Below, piece by piece: positions 8,980 through 19,760 of a DNA stretch of 32,000 bases (position 1 is its first letter; each line of letters opens with the position of its first letter). This DNA is from Pasteurella multocida (GTDB lineage Bacteria; Pseudomonadota; Gammaproteobacteria; Enterobacterales; Pasteurellaceae), in contig NZ_LT906458.1 of assembly GCF_900187275.1 (NCBI RefSeq), forward strand, positions 750,001 through 782,000, in the 5' to 3' direction. The position numbers were made by a program, and so were the translations under genes. A model generated the notes under the pieces. That model was not told where the DNA came from. It made no database searches and saw only the letters and a program-made list of their open reading frames with translations.

Positions 8980-9702
8980 ATGACCGAATTAAGTTATCAA
9001 GAAGAATTACGTTATAACCGCCAAATTATGCTCAAGGCGATAGATTTTGAGGGGCAAGAAACCCTCAAACAAAGCAAAATGCTGATTGTTGGCTTAGGCG
9101 GTTTAGGTTGTGCCGCCAGCCAATATTTAGCGACAGCTGGTGTGGGACATCTCACTTTGTTGGATTTTGATACGGTGTCGCTGTCGAACCTACAACGCCA
9201 GGTGTTGCACGATAACAGCCGTTTAGCGATGCCGAAAGTCGATTCGGCAAAACTGTCGTTGCAACGCTTAAATCCACATATTCAGATTGACACTATCAAT
9301 GCCAAACTCTCAACAGAAAAACTGGCTGAAATCATACCGCACTTTGATGTGATTTTAGATTGCACCGACAATGTAGAAATTCGTAATCAGCTTGATCAGG
9401 TCTGCCAACAAGCGAAAGTGCCGTTAGTCTCTGGAGCGGCGATCCGCCTGGAAGGGCAAGTAACGGTATTTACTTATCAAGAAAATACGCCAACCTATCG
9501 TACATTAAGTCAATTATTTGGCGAGAATACGCTAAGTTGCGTCGAGGCGGGTGTATTAGCGCCTATTGTGGGCATTGTTGGTTCTATTCAAGCGCTAGAG
9601 GCGATTAAAGTGCGGTTAAATATCGGTAAGAATTTATGTGGCAGATTACTGATGATTGATGGTATGACCATGTCTATTCGAGAAATCAAATTGCCTGTTT
9701 AA
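8980..9702 (+). CDS. moeB: Molybdopterin-synthase adenylyltransferase
   Basis: RYNRQI, the Gly-rich loop VGLGGLGCAASQYL, DFDTVSLSNLQRQ, and VSGAAIRLEGQ. The ATG lies 1 nt after the moeA stop, suggesting translational coupling. Confidence 0.92.
   Translation: MTELSYQEELRYNRQIMLKAIDFEGQETLKQSKMLIVGLGGLGCAASQYLATAGVGHLTLLDFDTVSLSNLQRQVLHDNSRLAMPKVDSAKLSLQRLNPHIQIDTINAKLSTEKLAEIIPHFDVILDCTDNVEIRNQLDQVCQQAKVPLVSGAAIRLEGQVTVFTYQENTPTYRTLSQLFGENTLSCVEAGVLAPIVGIVGSIQALEAIKVRLNIGKNLCGRLLMIDGMTMSIREIKLPV
9336..9344 (-). other. Uptake signal sequence core
   Basis: The plus strand reads ACCGCACTT. Located inside moeB. Confidence 0.8.
9608..9616 (+). other. Uptake signal sequence core
   Basis: AAGTGCGGT inside moeB. 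Confidence 0.8.
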
Positions 9703-9716
9703 CACAGGCATTTTTT
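9692..9716. terminator. Hairpin terminator at the moeB/ubiX convergence
   Basis: TGCCTGT (9692-9698), loop TTAAC containing the moeB stop, ACAGGCA (9704-9710), then TTTTTT. It abuts the ubiX stop at 9715. Confidence 0.6.
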
Positions 9717-10311
9717 ATTTACTGCGCTCCCCACCCCAACGCTGAAACAAATCCTGTGCTAATTGAATTTCGAATTGATCGCATAAGCGGTTGACACTTT
9801 GATCCACAATGTCTTGCACTGTTTTCGGGTGATGATAAAACGCCGGCATCAATGGCGTGATTTGTGCGCCAATTTCAGCGGCTTGAGTCATTAAACGAAG
9901 ATGCCCTAAATGTAATGGCGTTTCACGTACACATAACACCAAGGGTTTACGTTCTTTTAAACACACATCAGCGGCACGTGTGATCAAATCATCGGTATAA
10001 CTATGCGCAATGCCTGATAAGGTTTTGATGGAACAAGGCAGGATAATCATACCTAAGGTGCGGTAAGAGCCAGACGAAATTGCTGCACCAATATCACGCA
10101 CATCATAATTTACATCCGCCAATGCCTTGACCGCTTGAATGCTGTAATCCGTTTCTGCTGCAATGGTTTGTTTAGCGGCATTGCTGATAATTAAATGGGT
10201 TTCAATGTGATCAAGCGGTTTAAGCACTTCCAATAAGCGAATCGCATAAATCGCACCTGATGCACCAGAAATACCAATAATGAGGCGTTTTTTGTCGTTT
10301 TTCATAGGCAA
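9715..10311 (-). CDS. ubiX: Flavin prenyltransferase UbiX
   Basis: RLIIGISGASGAIYAIRLLE, ILPCSIKTLSGIAHS, and RAADVCLKERKPLVL match the UbiX/Pad1 family. It sits downstream of purF, as in the E. coli cvpA-purF-ubiX order. Confidence 0.92.
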   Translation of the reverse strand: MPMKNDKKRLIIGISGASGAIYAIRLLEVLKPLDHIETHLIISNAAKQTIAAETDYSIQAVKALADVNYDVRDIGAAISSGSYRTLGMIILPCSIKTLSGIAHSYTDDLITRAADVCLKERKPLVLCVRETPLHLGHLRLMTQAAEIGAQITPLMPAFYHHPKTVQDIVDQSVNRLCDQFEIQLAQDLFQRWGGERSK

Positions 10312-10412
10312 ATGATAAGAAAATGATGTGTGGCTATTCTAGCACAAATGATACGTTATCCAGAATGTGTTCCTCACAATTTGAGTGAAAGAAAAACAGA
10401 AAATGGAAAAAT

Positions 10413-10450
10413 AAAAATGGAGAGTCAAATTAATTCAACTCTCCATTTTT
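10413..10450 (-). terminator. Rho-independent terminator after purF (symmetrical, could act in both directions)
   Basis: Perfect 13-bp stem: AAAAATGGAGAGT (10413-10425), 12-nt loop, ACTCTCCATTTTT (10438-10450). Confidence 0.7.
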
Positions 10451-10474
10451 GTTATCAATTGTTATTGTTCGTGC

Positions 10475-11989
10475 TTATTTTTCATTGTGCATTTCAAGAT
10501 TGGTAGCATCTTTTTCACGCTTTTTCTTGGCGATATCATTACGCTGTTCTGCAATATTATCCAGATATTCAGGTGTAATATCGCCCGTCACATAAACCCC
10601 TGTAAACACCGAACAATCAAAGTCTTGAATACTTGGATTTTCTTGTTGCACAGAACCAGTTAACGCATCCAAATCTTGGAAAATCAATTTATCCACACCA
10701 ATTAAGTTAGCAATTTCATCTACATCACGACCATAAGCGATCAATTCATTTTTGGTTGGCATATCAATACCATACACATTTGGATAACGAATTTCTGGTG
10801 CAGCAGAGGCAAAATAAATTTTCTTCGCACCTGCCGCTCTCGCCATTTCGACAATTTGTTCAGACGTGGTACCACGTACAATCGAGTCGTCAACTAATAA
10901 CACATTCTTATCTTTAAATTCTGAAGCAATGGTATTGAGTTTACGTCTAACAGAACTGACTCGCAATGCCTGCCCCGGCATAATAAACGTACGTCCTACA
11001 TAGCGATTTTTCACAAAACCTTGACGATACGGTTTATTTAACACGCGCGCAATACGTAAAGCAATATCGTTAGAGGTTTCAGGCACAGGAATGACCACAT
11101 CAATATCATCCACATCCGCCCATTCCCGTGCAATTTTTTCACCTAAACGTTGTCCCATATGAACACGGGCAGCATAAACAGAAACCCCATCGATGCAAGA
11201 GTCTGGACGTGCAAAATAGACGTATTCAAAAATACAAGGTGTTAATGTTGGTTTGTCTGCGCATTGCTGAGCATACATTTCCCCTTCAAACGTGACATAA
11301 ATCGCTTCGCCGGGTTGTACATCTCGTACAAACTCAAAACCCACTGTATCTAATGCGATACTTTCGGAGGCAAACATATACTCTGTTTTGCCATTTTCCT
11401 CGCGTTTCCCTAACACTAACGGACGGATACCGTTCGGATCACGAAACGCGACCATACCATGACCAATAATCATGGCGATACAAGCATAAGCACCACGAAT
11501 ATCCTGATGCGTTTGTTTGACAGCACTGAATACATCTTGCGGATCTAATTGGTATTTTTCGAAGTGATCAAGGTGATTGGCTAAGATATTGAGTAATAAT
11601 TCAGAATCTGAATTGGTATTTACATGGCGACGTGCGAGACGAAATAACTTTTCTTTTAATTCACTTGAATTGGTCAAGTTACCATTATGCACTAAGGTTA
11701 AGCCATAAGGCGAATTTACATAAAAAGGTTGCGCTTCAGAGACACTTGAGCTCCCAGCCGTAGGATAACGAACATGTCCAATGCCAGCATTGCCTTGTAA
11801 ACGTAACATATGAACTTGTTCAAATACATCGCTGACTAACCCGTTCGCTTTACGCAAGCGGAATCGGTTTTCATCATCTACGGTTACAATCCCGGCGGCG
11901 TCTTGCCCGCGGTGTTGCAATAAGGTTAACGCATCATAAATTGATTGGTTAACGGGGCTTTGGCTAACAATACCAACAATACCACACAT
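10475..11989 (-). CDS. purF: Amidophosphoribosyltransferase
   Basis: MCGIVGI N-terminal nucleophile Cys, HRGQDAAGI, the HVRYPTAGS region, and the PRTase motif [13 protein letters not shown]. Confidence 0.96.
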   Translation of the reverse strand: MCGIVGIVSQSPVNQSIYDALTLLQHRGQDAAGIVTVDDENRFRLRKANGLVSDVFEQVHMLRLQGNAGIGHVRYPTAGSSSVSEAQPFYVNSPYGLTLVHNGNLTNSSELKEKLFRLARRHVNTNSDSELLLNILANHLDHFEKYQLDPQDVFSAVKQTHQDIRGAYACIAMIIGHGMVAFRDPNGIRPLVLGKREENGKTEYMFASESIALDTVGFEFVRDVQPGEAIYVTFEGEMYAQQCADKPTLTPCIFEYVYFARPDSCIDGVSVYAARVHMGQRLGEKIAREWADVDDIDVVIPVPETSNDIALRIARVLNKPYRQGFVKNRYVGRTFIMPGQALRVSSVRRKLNTIASEFKDKNVLLVDDSIVRGTTSEQIVEMARAAGAKKIYFASAAPEIRYPNVYGIDMPTKNELIAYGRDVDEIANLIGVDKLIFQDLDALTGSVQQENPSIQDFDCSVFTGVYVTGDITPEYLDNIAEQRNDIAKKKREKDATNLEMHNEK

Positions 11990-12002
11990 TCGTGTTTATC
12001 CT

Positions 12003-12494
12003 CTATTTATTTAATGTTGAATTTATAAAACTGGATGTTGCTTGTAACTGTTGAAAAAACCACTCAACAATAAAGCCGAAATGTGGAATGAGTTTTGATT
12101 CTTTCCACCAAACAGTTTGGCTAAAATTCGTAAAGGTATCCATAAAGAATAACAATGCTGCCACAATCAATACGCCTCGAATAAGTCCAAAACAGGCACC
12201 TAGTACGCGATCAGTCCCAGTTAACCCTGTCTTATCCACTAACTCACCCAAAATATGATTCACAATCCCACCCACAATTAATGTAGCAACAAACAAGATC
12301 GCAATTGCCGTGCCATTGCGCAAGTAAAGGGATTCGATTTGGGTTAAATAATTAGCGAGATAAGGATAAAAATGATTAGCCACAAAAAAAGCAACGACCC
12401 AGCTTGCGACTGACATCACTTCTCGAATAAATCCACGTAATAGACTGATAATAATCGAAAATGCAATGATGGCGATGATAATATAATCAATCAT
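12003..12494 (-). CDS. cvpA: Colicin V production membrane protein CvpA
   Basis: Four hydrophobic segments with an N terminus (IDYIIIAIIAFSIIISLLRGFIREV) typical of CvpA. It lies 13 bp upstream of purF on the same strand. Confidence 0.9.
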   Translation of the reverse strand: MIDYIIIAIIAFSIIISLLRGFIREVMSVASWVVAFFVANHFYPYLANYLTQIESLYLRNGTAIAILFVATLIVGGIVNHILGELVDKTGLTGTDRVLGACFGLIRGVLIVAALLFFMDTFTNFSQTVWWKESKLIPHFGFIVEWFFQQLQATSSFINSTLNK

Positions 12495-12548
12495 TGGAAT
12501 ATCTCTAAAAAAACACTCGAATTTCCGCCCGCGCTATTTTACAAAAAA

Positions 12549-12564
12549 AGAAAACGTTTGCGTA
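12549..12564 (-). promoter_or_regulatory. PurR operator (PUR box) upstream of cvpA-purF
   Basis: The minus strand reads TACGCAAACGTTTTCT. Compared with the palindromic PUR box ACGCAAACGTTTGCGT, the left half is perfect and the right half is 6/8. It lies 55-70 bp upstream of cvpA start 12494. Confidence 0.7.
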
Positions 12565-12649
12565 GTGAAAAATTCAAGAAAAGTTGAATAAATATGAAAA
12601 AAGAAAAGTCTTTATCACACAAGCAAGAAAAGCGCCATTCATAGCGGAT

Positions 12650-13108
12650 TTATAATTCTTGCCAAAAAGCTTTATCTAATTTTCGCTGTGCTTTTTTCAG
12701 GACATCAGCTAAATTTTGATAATTCGGCTGCTCTGTTAAGATAGGTAAAGTTTCGTTTACTTGCTTTAAGCGCTCACAAATTTCATAAAACCAGACCGCA
12801 CTTTGTGGGGATAAGGGCGTGATAGAACGTTTACCTAACCAATACAAACCTTGCAACGGAATTAACAGCGCAACAATCGCGCTAAATACAGCAATGGCTA
12901 ATGCACTGATATCGGATTTGGCGTAAACTTGTTGCCAAGTGATGGCAAAAACAGCTAAAAAAGGCATAAACTTTTGCGCGAAAAGCGTTGCTTTAATCAC
13001 GCGGTTTTCGGGAAAAATCATACCTAGCTTACTTTCCAATGGCCAACTTTTTAAATAATGCTGACCTTTTTTTAAAAAAATAAAAAAATACATTTTGCTA
13101 TTGTACAC
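12650..13108 (-). CDS. yfbV: UPF0208 inner-membrane protein YfbV
   Basis: [21 protein letters not shown]...[16 protein letters not shown] aligns with E. coli YfbV [21 protein letters not shown]...ENRVIKMTRYAIRFMP. It is divergent from ackA, as in E. coli. M6 (13093) is an alternative start. Confidence 0.85.
   Translation of the reverse strand: MYNSKMYFFIFLKKGQHYLKSWPLESKLGMIFPENRVIKATLFAQKFMPFLAVFAITWQQVYAKSDISALAIAVFSAIVALLIPLQGLYWLGKRSITPLSPQSAVWFYEICERLKQVNETLPILTEQPNYQNLADVLKKAQRKLDKAFWQEL
12795..12803 (-). other. Uptake signal sequence core
   Basis: The plus strand reads ACCGCACTT. Located inside yfbV. Confidence 0.8.
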
Positions 13109-13379
13109 AACCTCTTAAATACGATAACGAAATAAAGATAGCATATTCAGGTTAAATATTCAGCTTATTTTAAACTAGCTCTTTGCCTATTTTTTGTATT
13201 TTGTTAAAAATGTTTAAAGTTTAATAATTTTTTTGATAAATGTCGCATTTTTAGTAGGTTGTGAATTTATTTTATTGTACGAAAGGTGTATCCTATGCCT
13301 ATCAGATTTTCATCTGCCTATTTGTTCAACATTTGAGCAAATAACTTTTTTTAACTTAAAATCAAATAATAGGTCTCTT

Positions 13380-14585
13380 ATGTCTCAAAAATTAGTCCTA
13401 ATCTTAAACTGTGGTAGTTCTTCATTAAAATTCTCTATTTTGGACCCGCAAACTGGTGAAGAAAAATTGTCTGGTTTAGCCGAAGCATTTCATTTAGATG
13501 ATGCGCGTATTAAATGGAAACTCCATGGTGAAAAAGGTAACGCTGATTTAGGTGCAGGTGCTGCACATAGTGAAGCACTTAACTTTATTGTAAATAGTAT
13601 TTTCCCATTAGATCCATCTTTAAAAGAAGACATTGTTGCGATCGGTCACCGTATCGTTCATGGCGGTGAAAAATTCACGTCTTCTGTTGTCATTACGGAT
13701 GAAGTGGTTCAAGGCATTAAAGACGCTGTTCAATTCGCCCCATTACACAACCCAGCACATTTAATCGGTATTGAAGAAGCCTTCAAAATGTTCCCTCATT
13801 TAAAAGATAAAAATGTGGCTGTCTTTGATACCGCTTTCCATCAAACCATGCCTGAGGAAGCTTATTTATATGCGCTACCTTATTCTTTATATAGAGAACA
13901 TGGTGTACGTCGTTATGGCGCACATGGTACAAGTCATTTCTTTGTTAGCCAGCAAGCCGCTGAACGTTTAAATGTTCCGGCAGAACAAGTAAATGTCATT
14001 ACCTGTCATTTAGGTAATGGTGCCTCTATCGCAGCAGTACGTCATGGACAATGTATTGACACCTCTATGGGCTTAACGCCATTAGAAGGTTTAGTCATGG
14101 GAACACGTTCTGGTGATATTGATCCAGCAATCGTCTTTTATTTACACGACAACCTTGGTTTATCTGTTGAAGAGATCAATACATTATTAACCAAAAAATC
14201 AGGCTTACTCGGTTTAACCGAAGTCACAAGCGACTGTCGTTATGCAGAAGATAACTATGACAAAGAAGCGCCAGCAAAACGTGCATTAGACGTATTTAGC
14301 TATCGTTTAGCAAAATATATTGGTTCTTACATGGCGGTTATCGGTGAACGTTTAGATGCTATCGTCTTCACGGGTGGTATTGGTGAAAACTCATCTTTAG
14401 TACGCGAGTTAACCTTAAACCATTTAAAACTGTTCGGTTATCAAGTGGATTCAGATAAAAACAAAGCGGCTCGCTTTGGTCATGAAGGGGTGATTACAGC
14501 AGACAATACGCCTGTTGCCATGGTGATCCCAACGAATGAAGAACTTGTTATTGCACAAGATACCGCGCGCCTTTGCATCGCGTAA
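13380..14585 (+). CDS. ackA: Acetate kinase
   Basis: [46 protein letters not shown], and FTGGIGENS. 401 aa. The track start TTG 13233 adds 49 non-homologous residues. Confidence 0.96.
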   Translation: MSQKLVLILNCGSSSLKFSILDPQTGEEKLSGLAEAFHLDDARIKWKLHGEKGNADLGAGAAHSEALNFIVNSIFPLDPSLKEDIVAIGHRIVHGGEKFTSSVVITDEVVQGIKDAVQFAPLHNPAHLIGIEEAFKMFPHLKDKNVAVFDTAFHQTMPEEAYLYALPYSLYREHGVRRYGAHGTSHFFVSQQAAERLNVPAEQVNVITCHLGNGASIAAVRHGQCIDTSMGLTPLEGLVMGTRSGDIDPAIVFYLHDNLGLSVEEINTLLTKKSGLLGLTEVTSDCRYAEDNYDKEAPAKRALDVFSYRLAKYIGSYMAVIGERLDAIVFTGGIGENSSLVRELTLNHLKLFGYQVDSDKNKAARFGHEGVITADNTPVAMVIPTNEELVIAQDTARLCIA

Positions 14586-14594
14586 AGATCAATT

Positions 14595-14624
14595 AACTGC
14601 CGATTCATCGGCAGTTTCTTTTTG
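14595..14624 (+). terminator. Terminator-like hairpin between ackA and pta (possible partial terminator or attenuator)
   Basis: AACTGCCGA (14595-14603), loop TTCA, TCGGCAGTT (14608-14616), then TCTTTTTG. Confidence 0.5.
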
Positions 14625-14653
14625 TATAAATTATCAACAAATTAGGGTTTATT

Positions 14654-16792
14654 ATGTCACGTACAATTATCCTTATCCCGATTAGTGCTGGTGTAGGCTT
14701 AACCAGTGTCAGCTTAGGTTTAACACATGCACTGGAGCAAAAAGGGGCGAAAGTCGGCTTTATGAAACCAATTTCTCAGCCGAACTCAGGTGAAGATATG
14801 ATTGATCGCACAACATCAATTATTCGCACCAGTACCACCATTGAAACCAGTGAACCATTTATGTTAAGTGTAGCTGAATCACTCATCGGTCAAAATCAAT
14901 CTGATGTGGTACTAGAAAAAATTGTTGAAAATCATCAACAACTCGCCAAAAACAATGAAATTGTCGTGGTGGAAGGTTTAATCCCTACGCGTAAGCATTC
15001 TTATGCCAATAGCATTAACTATGAAATTGCTCAAGCACTTGATGCGGAAATCATTCTTGTTGCAGCACCGGCGACGGAAACACCGGCAGAACTCAAAGAA
15101 CGCATCAAAGCCGCAGCCTCATTATTTGGCAGCAAAAATAACCCTAATTTACTTGGTGTTGTGATCAATAAATTTAATGCGCCGATTGATGAATCTGGTC
15201 GTACTCGCCCTGACTTGGCAGAAATTTTTGATTCTTTCCAACACACACAAAATCAAGTATCTGAGATTTATCATTTATTTGAGAAAAGCCCAATTAAAAT
15301 CTTGGCATGTATTCCTTGGAGCGCAGAATTAATTGCGACTCGTGCCATTGATTTAGCCAAACATTTAGGTGCTGCCATTATTCATGAAGGCGCGATCAAT
15401 GAACGTCGCATTCGTGGCATCACTTTCTGTGCACGTAATTTGACCAATATGGTGGAACATTTCCGCGTTGGAAGTTTACTTGTCACTTCCGCGGATCGTC
15501 CTGATGTGATCGTCGCAGCGGCATTATCTGCCATGAATGGCGTTGAAATTGCTGGTGTTTTATTAACCGGTGGTTACAAAATTGATGCACAAATCAAGAA
15601 ACTCTGTCAACACGCGATCGAAAGTACAGGTTTACCAGTCTTCCGTGTCGAAGGCAACACTTGGCAAACTGCACTGGCACTACAAAGTTTTAACCTCGAA
15701 GTGCCTGTTGATGATAAAGAACGTATCGAAAAAATTAAACATTATATTAGCGACCTACTCGACAGCAATTTTATCGATTCATTAGCGGCAGCTTCTTCTC
15801 GTTTACGTCGTTTATCGCCGCCTGCTTTCCGTTTCCAATTAACCGAATTAGCACGTCAAGCGCAAAAACGCATTGTATTGCCTGAAGGGGATGAACCACG
15901 TACAGTAAAAGCTGCTGCCTTATGTGCAGAGCGTGGTATCGCTGAATGTGTGTTATTAGCTACACCAGAATCCGTCATGCGCGTTGCCGAAGCACAAGGC
16001 ATACAATTAGGCAAAGGGATTACGATTATTGATCCTGCTACAGTGCGTGAAAACTATGTTGCACGTTTAGTGGAATTGCGTAAAAACAAAGGCATGACCG
16101 AAGATTCTGCACGTGAACAATTAGAAGACAATGTGGTACTTGGTACGATGATGTTAGAAGCGAACGAAGTAGATGGTTTAGTCTCTGGTGCCGTACATAC
16201 GACAGCCAATACTATTCGTCCGCCGATGCAAATCATCAAAACTGCACCGGGTAATTCGATTGTGTCTTCAATCTTCTTCATGTTATTACCTGATCAAGTC
16301 TTGGTTTATGGTGACTGCGCAGTCAACCCAGATCCAACAGCAGAACAATTAGCAGAAATCGCGATTCAATCCGCAGACTCAGCCAAAGCCTTTGGTATTG
16401 ATCCAAAAGTGGCGATGATCTCTTACTCAACTGGTACTTCTGGTAGTGGTGCAGATGTAGAGAAAGTGAAAGAAGCCACTCGTCTGGCACAAGAAAAACG
16501 TCCAGATTTAATCATCGACGGTCCATTACAATATGATGCAGCAGTGATGGAAGATGTGGCGCGTTCTAAAGCACCAAATTCACCAGTAGCAGGTAAAGCG
16601 ACGGTCTTTATTTTCCCTGATTTGAATACCGGTAATACCACTTATAAAGCGGTACAACGCTCTGCTGACCTTGTGTCTATTGGACCGATGTTACAAGGGA
16701 TGCGTAAACCAGTGAATGATTTATCACGTGGTGCGTTAGTGGACGATATCGTGTACACAATTGCCTTAACTGCAATTCAAGCAACACAATAA
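14654..16792 (+). CDS. pta: Phosphate acetyltransferase (long form: DRTGG/AAA-like N-terminal region plus PTA C-terminal domain)
   Basis: 712 aa. The C-terminal third carries PTA_PTB motifs ([37 protein letters not shown], and [12 protein letters not shown]). Confidence 0.96.
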   Translation: MSRTIILIPISAGVGLTSVSLGLTHALEQKGAKVGFMKPISQPNSGEDMIDRTTSIIRTSTTIETSEPFMLSVAESLIGQNQSDVVLEKIVENHQQLAKNNEIVVVEGLIPTRKHSYANSINYEIAQALDAEIILVAAPATETPAELKERIKAAASLFGSKNNPNLLGVVINKFNAPIDESGRTRPDLAEIFDSFQHTQNQVSEIYHLFEKSPIKILACIPWSAELIATRAIDLAKHLGAAIIHEGAINERRIRGITFCARNLTNMVEHFRVGSLLVTSADRPDVIVAAALSAMNGVEIAGVLLTGGYKIDAQIKKLCQHAIESTGLPVFRVEGNTWQTALALQSFNLEVPVDDKERIEKIKHYISDLLDSNFIDSLAAASSRLRRLSPPAFRFQLTELARQAQKRIVLPEGDEPRTVKAAALCAERGIAECVLLATPESVMRVAEAQGIQLGKGITIIDPATVRENYVARLVELRKNKGMTEDSAREQLEDNVVLGTMMLEANEVDGLVSGAVHTTANTIRPPMQIIKTAPGNSIVSSIFFMLLPDQVLVYGDCAVNPDPTAEQLAEIAIQSADSAKAFGIDPKVAMISYSTGTSGSGADVEKVKEATRLAQEKRPDLIIDGPLQYDAAVMEDVARSKAPNSPVAGKATVFIFPDLNTGNTTYKAVQRSADLVSIGPMLQGMRKPVNDLSRGALVDDIVYTIALTAIQATQ

Positions 16793-16817
16793 TCCTCACA
16801 CAACAATTCACAAAAAA

Positions 16818-16844
16818 ACCGCACTTTATTCACTTAAGTGCGGT
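16818..16844. terminator. Inverted pair of uptake signal sequences forming a bidirectional terminator between pta and rnd
   Basis: AAAAAACCGCACTT ... AAGTGCGGTTTTATTTT. ACCGCACTT is at 16818-16826 and AAGTGCGGT at 16836-16844, with A/T runs on both flanks. Confidence 0.8.
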
Positions 16845-16865
16845 TTTATTTTGTCTTCTATCTAG

Positions 16866-18017
16866 CTATCCATTTGCGAGTGTATTTAACAATACTAAGC
16901 CAAATTCACGTCGCCAACCGACCAATAGCTCTGGTAACTGAGTTGGATCTTGATTGTCTAACCAACACCATTTCATTAAGTTTTCTAAACCACGCTTACT
17001 GGCAATCACTTCTGCAGCTAAATCAGGAGGCGCAATGCTTTTCAGCTTTTGTTGTAAGCCTTTGAGTGCTTTTTTATAACGTGGATCATCCGCAATACGT
17101 ACGATCGGCATCGGATAATCCACATCATCAAAGCGTTTAAGTTGTCCTATCAAATGCAATATTTTTTTGCCATGAATGCGCACTTCATGATGACTTAATC
17201 CTAACGCGAGCAATTCTGACGTATGTTTTGGATTATGTTTAGCCACTTGCCATAAGTGCTCTGCCCTTACTACAAAATTTAAGGCTAAATCCCGTTTCAT
17301 CGCTTCCTCTTGACGCCATTTCGCCAACAGTTTTAAACGCATTAATTCACTCGGTGTTAAGCGCCATGCATTAGGAATGCCCAAATACGCAAGCTCCGGA
17401 TCTTTATGTTGTTCACGCTTTAACAACAACGCTTCACAATCTTGTTGCGCTGCCTCTTGCCATCGTGTTTGTGCTAATGCCTCCTGCATGCGTTGATAAA
17501 GCGGTAATAAGTACCACACGTCAGCTGCGGCATAAATTAACTGGTTGTCCGATAAAGGACGGGCTAACCAATCCGTGCGCGAGGCACCTTTATCAATTTC
17601 AAGTTGAAAATAATGCTGAACTAACGTCGCTAGACCAGTAGAATTTGGAAAACCTAGAAAGTTTGCCATGACTTGTGTATCTAGCATCGGCGTAGGAAGC
17701 TGGTTAAAACTATGTTGGAACACCTCTAAATCTTCACTACACGCATGAAGCACTTTCAACACAGCCGTATTCGCCAGTAACGCAATAAATGGTGAAAAAT
17801 CTTGAATGGTAGTAGGATCAATTAAACTGACTCGTTCCCCATCATAGAGTTGAATAAGCCCTAATTGTGGATAGAGTGTTTTGATACGAACAAATTCGGT
17901 ATCGAGTGCAATTACGGCTTTTTGTTGGGCAGAATAACAAATTTCTGCCAGCGCCAAATCAGAAGTAATGACTTGAAAGTGCGGTTTATTTTTTATTTCT
18001 TTTTGTTGACTGTTCAT
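16866..18017 (-). CDS. rnd: Ribonuclease D
   Basis: DEDD 3'-5' exonuclease motifs (ALDTEF; LHACSEDLEV; and YAAADVWYLL) followed by HRDC-like regions. Start chosen at MNSQQKE (ATG 18017); the track start at 18041 overlaps the fadD terminator hairpin. Confidence 0.9.
   Translation of the reverse strand: MNSQQKEIKNKPHFQVITSDLALAEICYSAQQKAVIALDTEFVRIKTLYPQLGLIQLYDGERVSLIDPTTIQDFSPFIALLANTAVLKVLHACSEDLEVFQHSFNQLPTPMLDTQVMANFLGFPNSTGLATLVQHYFQLEIDKGASRTDWLARPLSDNQLIYAAADVWYLLPLYQRMQEALAQTRWQEAAQQDCEALLLKREQHKDPELAYLGIPNAWRLTPSELMRLKLLAKWRQEEAMKRDLALNFVVRAEHLWQVAKHNPKHTSELLALGLSHHEVRIHGKKILHLIGQLKRFDDVDYPMPIVRIADDPRYKKALKGLQQKLKSIAPPDLAAEVIASKRGLENLMKWCWLDNQDPTQLPELLVGWRREFGLVLLNTLANG
17977..17985 (+). 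other. Uptake signal sequence core
   Basis: AAGTGCGGT followed by a T-rich flank, inside the rnd 5' end. Confidence 0.8.
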
Positions 18018-18031
18018 CTTAATACGACAAA

Positions 18032-18054
18032 TTAGGGGCAAATGTCGCCCCTAA
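18032..18054 (-). terminator. Hairpin terminator after fadD
   Basis: TTAGGGGC (18032-18039), loop AAATGTC, GCCCCTAA (18047-18054). On the minus strand it is followed by TTTGTCGTATT. Confidence 0.5.
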
Positions 18055-18071
18055 TAAAATGAAATGAATAC

Positions 18072-19760
18072 TTATTCAGCTGGACGTTTTGCCAGCTCCT
18101 CATCACGTAAAACACGGCGTAAAATTTTTCCCACATTACTTTTCGGCAATTCCTCACGAAATTCAATTTCTTTTGGAATTTTATAGCCGGTTAAATGGAC
18201 ACGACAGTGTTTACGTAATTCATCACGGGTCAGGCTTTCGTCTTTTTTCACGACAAAAATCTTAATCGTTTCACCTGATACTTCATTTGGCACACCAATG
18301 GCGACCACTTCAGCGACTTTGTCATTTAACATGACCACATCTTCGATCTCATTTGGATAGACATTAAACCCTGACACTAAGATCATATCTTTTTTACGAT
18401 CGACTATCCGTAAATAATGATCTTTATCCATGATAACCACATCACCTGTTGCCATCCAACCATCCATCAGGACCTCTGCCGTAGCCTCTGGACGTTGCCA
18501 ATAGCCTTGCATGACTTGCTCACCTTTAACCCAAAGCTCGCCCGGTTCACCCAATTCGGCTTCGTGACCATCTTCTTTGATAATACGCACATCGGTATTA
18601 GGTACCGGCACACCAATGCTTCCATTATGTTTCACCATATTAATTGGACAAGCTGCAATCAATGGGGAACATTCGGTCATGCCATAACCCTCGATAATAT
18701 TACAGCCAGTGGTGTCATGCCAGCGTGTTGCTACCGATTGTTGAATCGACATCCCACCGCCTACGGTAAGTTTTAAAGCAGTAAAATCCACCTCTTTAAA
18801 ATTCTCATTATTTAACAAAGCATTGAATAAAGTATTGACGCCTGTAATAGCAACAAAGCGGTGTTTTTTCAGCTCTTTTACAAAGCCCTCAATGTCACGT
18901 GGATTGGTAATTAATACCCCTGTAATCCCCAGTTCAACAAACAGTAAACAGTTTACAGTTAAGGCAAACACATGATAAAGCGGTAAAGCAATGATGGCTT
19001 TACGCTCTTTTGTACGATCACCGACAAACGGTTCGGCAATCCAGTTGGCTTGGAATAAATTGACAATGATATTGCCGTGTGACAACATCGCCCCTTTTGC
19101 GACACCGGTTGTCCCACCAGTATATTGTAAAAAGGCTAAATCTTTACGCTCCATTTGTGGGCGAACATATTGACGATATTTTCCAATACTCAACACTTCA
19201 CGAAAAGTCACTGCATTCGGTAATTTATATTTAGGCACCAATTTTTTGATGTATTTCACTACAAAATTGACTAATGTGCGTTTCCCAAAGGAAAGTTGAT
19301 CGCCCATACGAGTTAAAATCACATGTTTGACATCCGTATTAAACACCACTTTTTCGAGCGTAGATGCGAAATTGGAAACCACAACAATCGCCGTAGCGCC
19401 ACTGTCTTTTAATTGGTGTTCTAATTCACGTGGGGTATAAAGCGGATTGACATTCACTACCACCATACCTGCGCGTAAAATACCGAAGAGCGCAATCGGA
19501 TATTGCAATAGATTTGGCATCATCAACGCGACACGATCACCACGTTTAAGCTTTAATTCATTTTGTAAATACGCGGCGAAAGCCCGACTACGTTCTTCTA
19601 ATTTTCGAAAGGTTAAAATTTGCCCCATATTGACATAAGCTGCACGGTCAGGATGTGTCTGTACAGCATTATCGAACATATCCAACAAGGAATCGTATTT
19701 TGATGTATCTAATTCTCGTGGTAAGTGTTCAGGGTAATTTTTAAACCAAGGTTTTTCCAT
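18072..19760 (-). CDS. fadD: Long-chain-fatty-acid--CoA ligase
   Basis: 562 aa. AMP-binding motif [25 protein letters not shown]...[24 protein letters not shown], and a C-terminal GKILRR. Confidence 0.93.
   Translation of the reverse strand: MEKPWFKNYPEHLPRELDTSKYDSLLDMFDNAVQTHPDRAAYVNMGQILTFRKLEERSRAFAAYLQNELKLKRGDRVALMMPNLLQYPIALFGILRAGMVVVNVNPLYTPRELEHQLKDSGATAIVVVSNFASTLEKVVFNTDVKHVILTRMGDQLSFGKRTLVNFVVKYIKKLVPKYKLPNAVTFREVLSIGKYRQYVRPQMERKDLAFLQYTGGTTGVAKGAMLSHGNIIVNLFQANWIAEPFVGDRTKERKAIIALPLYHVFALTVNCLLFVELGITGVLITNPRDIEGFVKELKKHRFVAITGVNTLFNALLNNENFKEVDFTALKLTVGGGMSIQQSVATRWHDTTGCNIIEGYGMTECSPLIAACPINMVKHNGSIGVPVPNTDVRIIKEDGHEAELGEPGELWVKGEQVMQGYWQRPEATAEVLMDGWMATGDVVIMDKDHYLRIVDRKKDMILVSGFNVYPNEIEDVVMLNDKVAEVVAIGVPNEVSGETIKIFVVKKDESLTRDELRKHCRVHLTGYKIPKEIEFREELPKSNVGKILRRVLRDEELAKRPAE

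Noticed and set aside
565-19638. Short ORFs (60-120 aa) nested inside or antisense to housekeeping genes (for example 565-807, 1199-1474, 7925-8183, 8527-8862, 15031-15246, 16054-16641, 18417-18776 and 22885-23088).
   Set aside because: All are fully overlapped by strongly supported CDSs in another frame or on the other strand. Their translations are low-complexity or Cys/Arg/His-rich, as is typical of non-coding frames.
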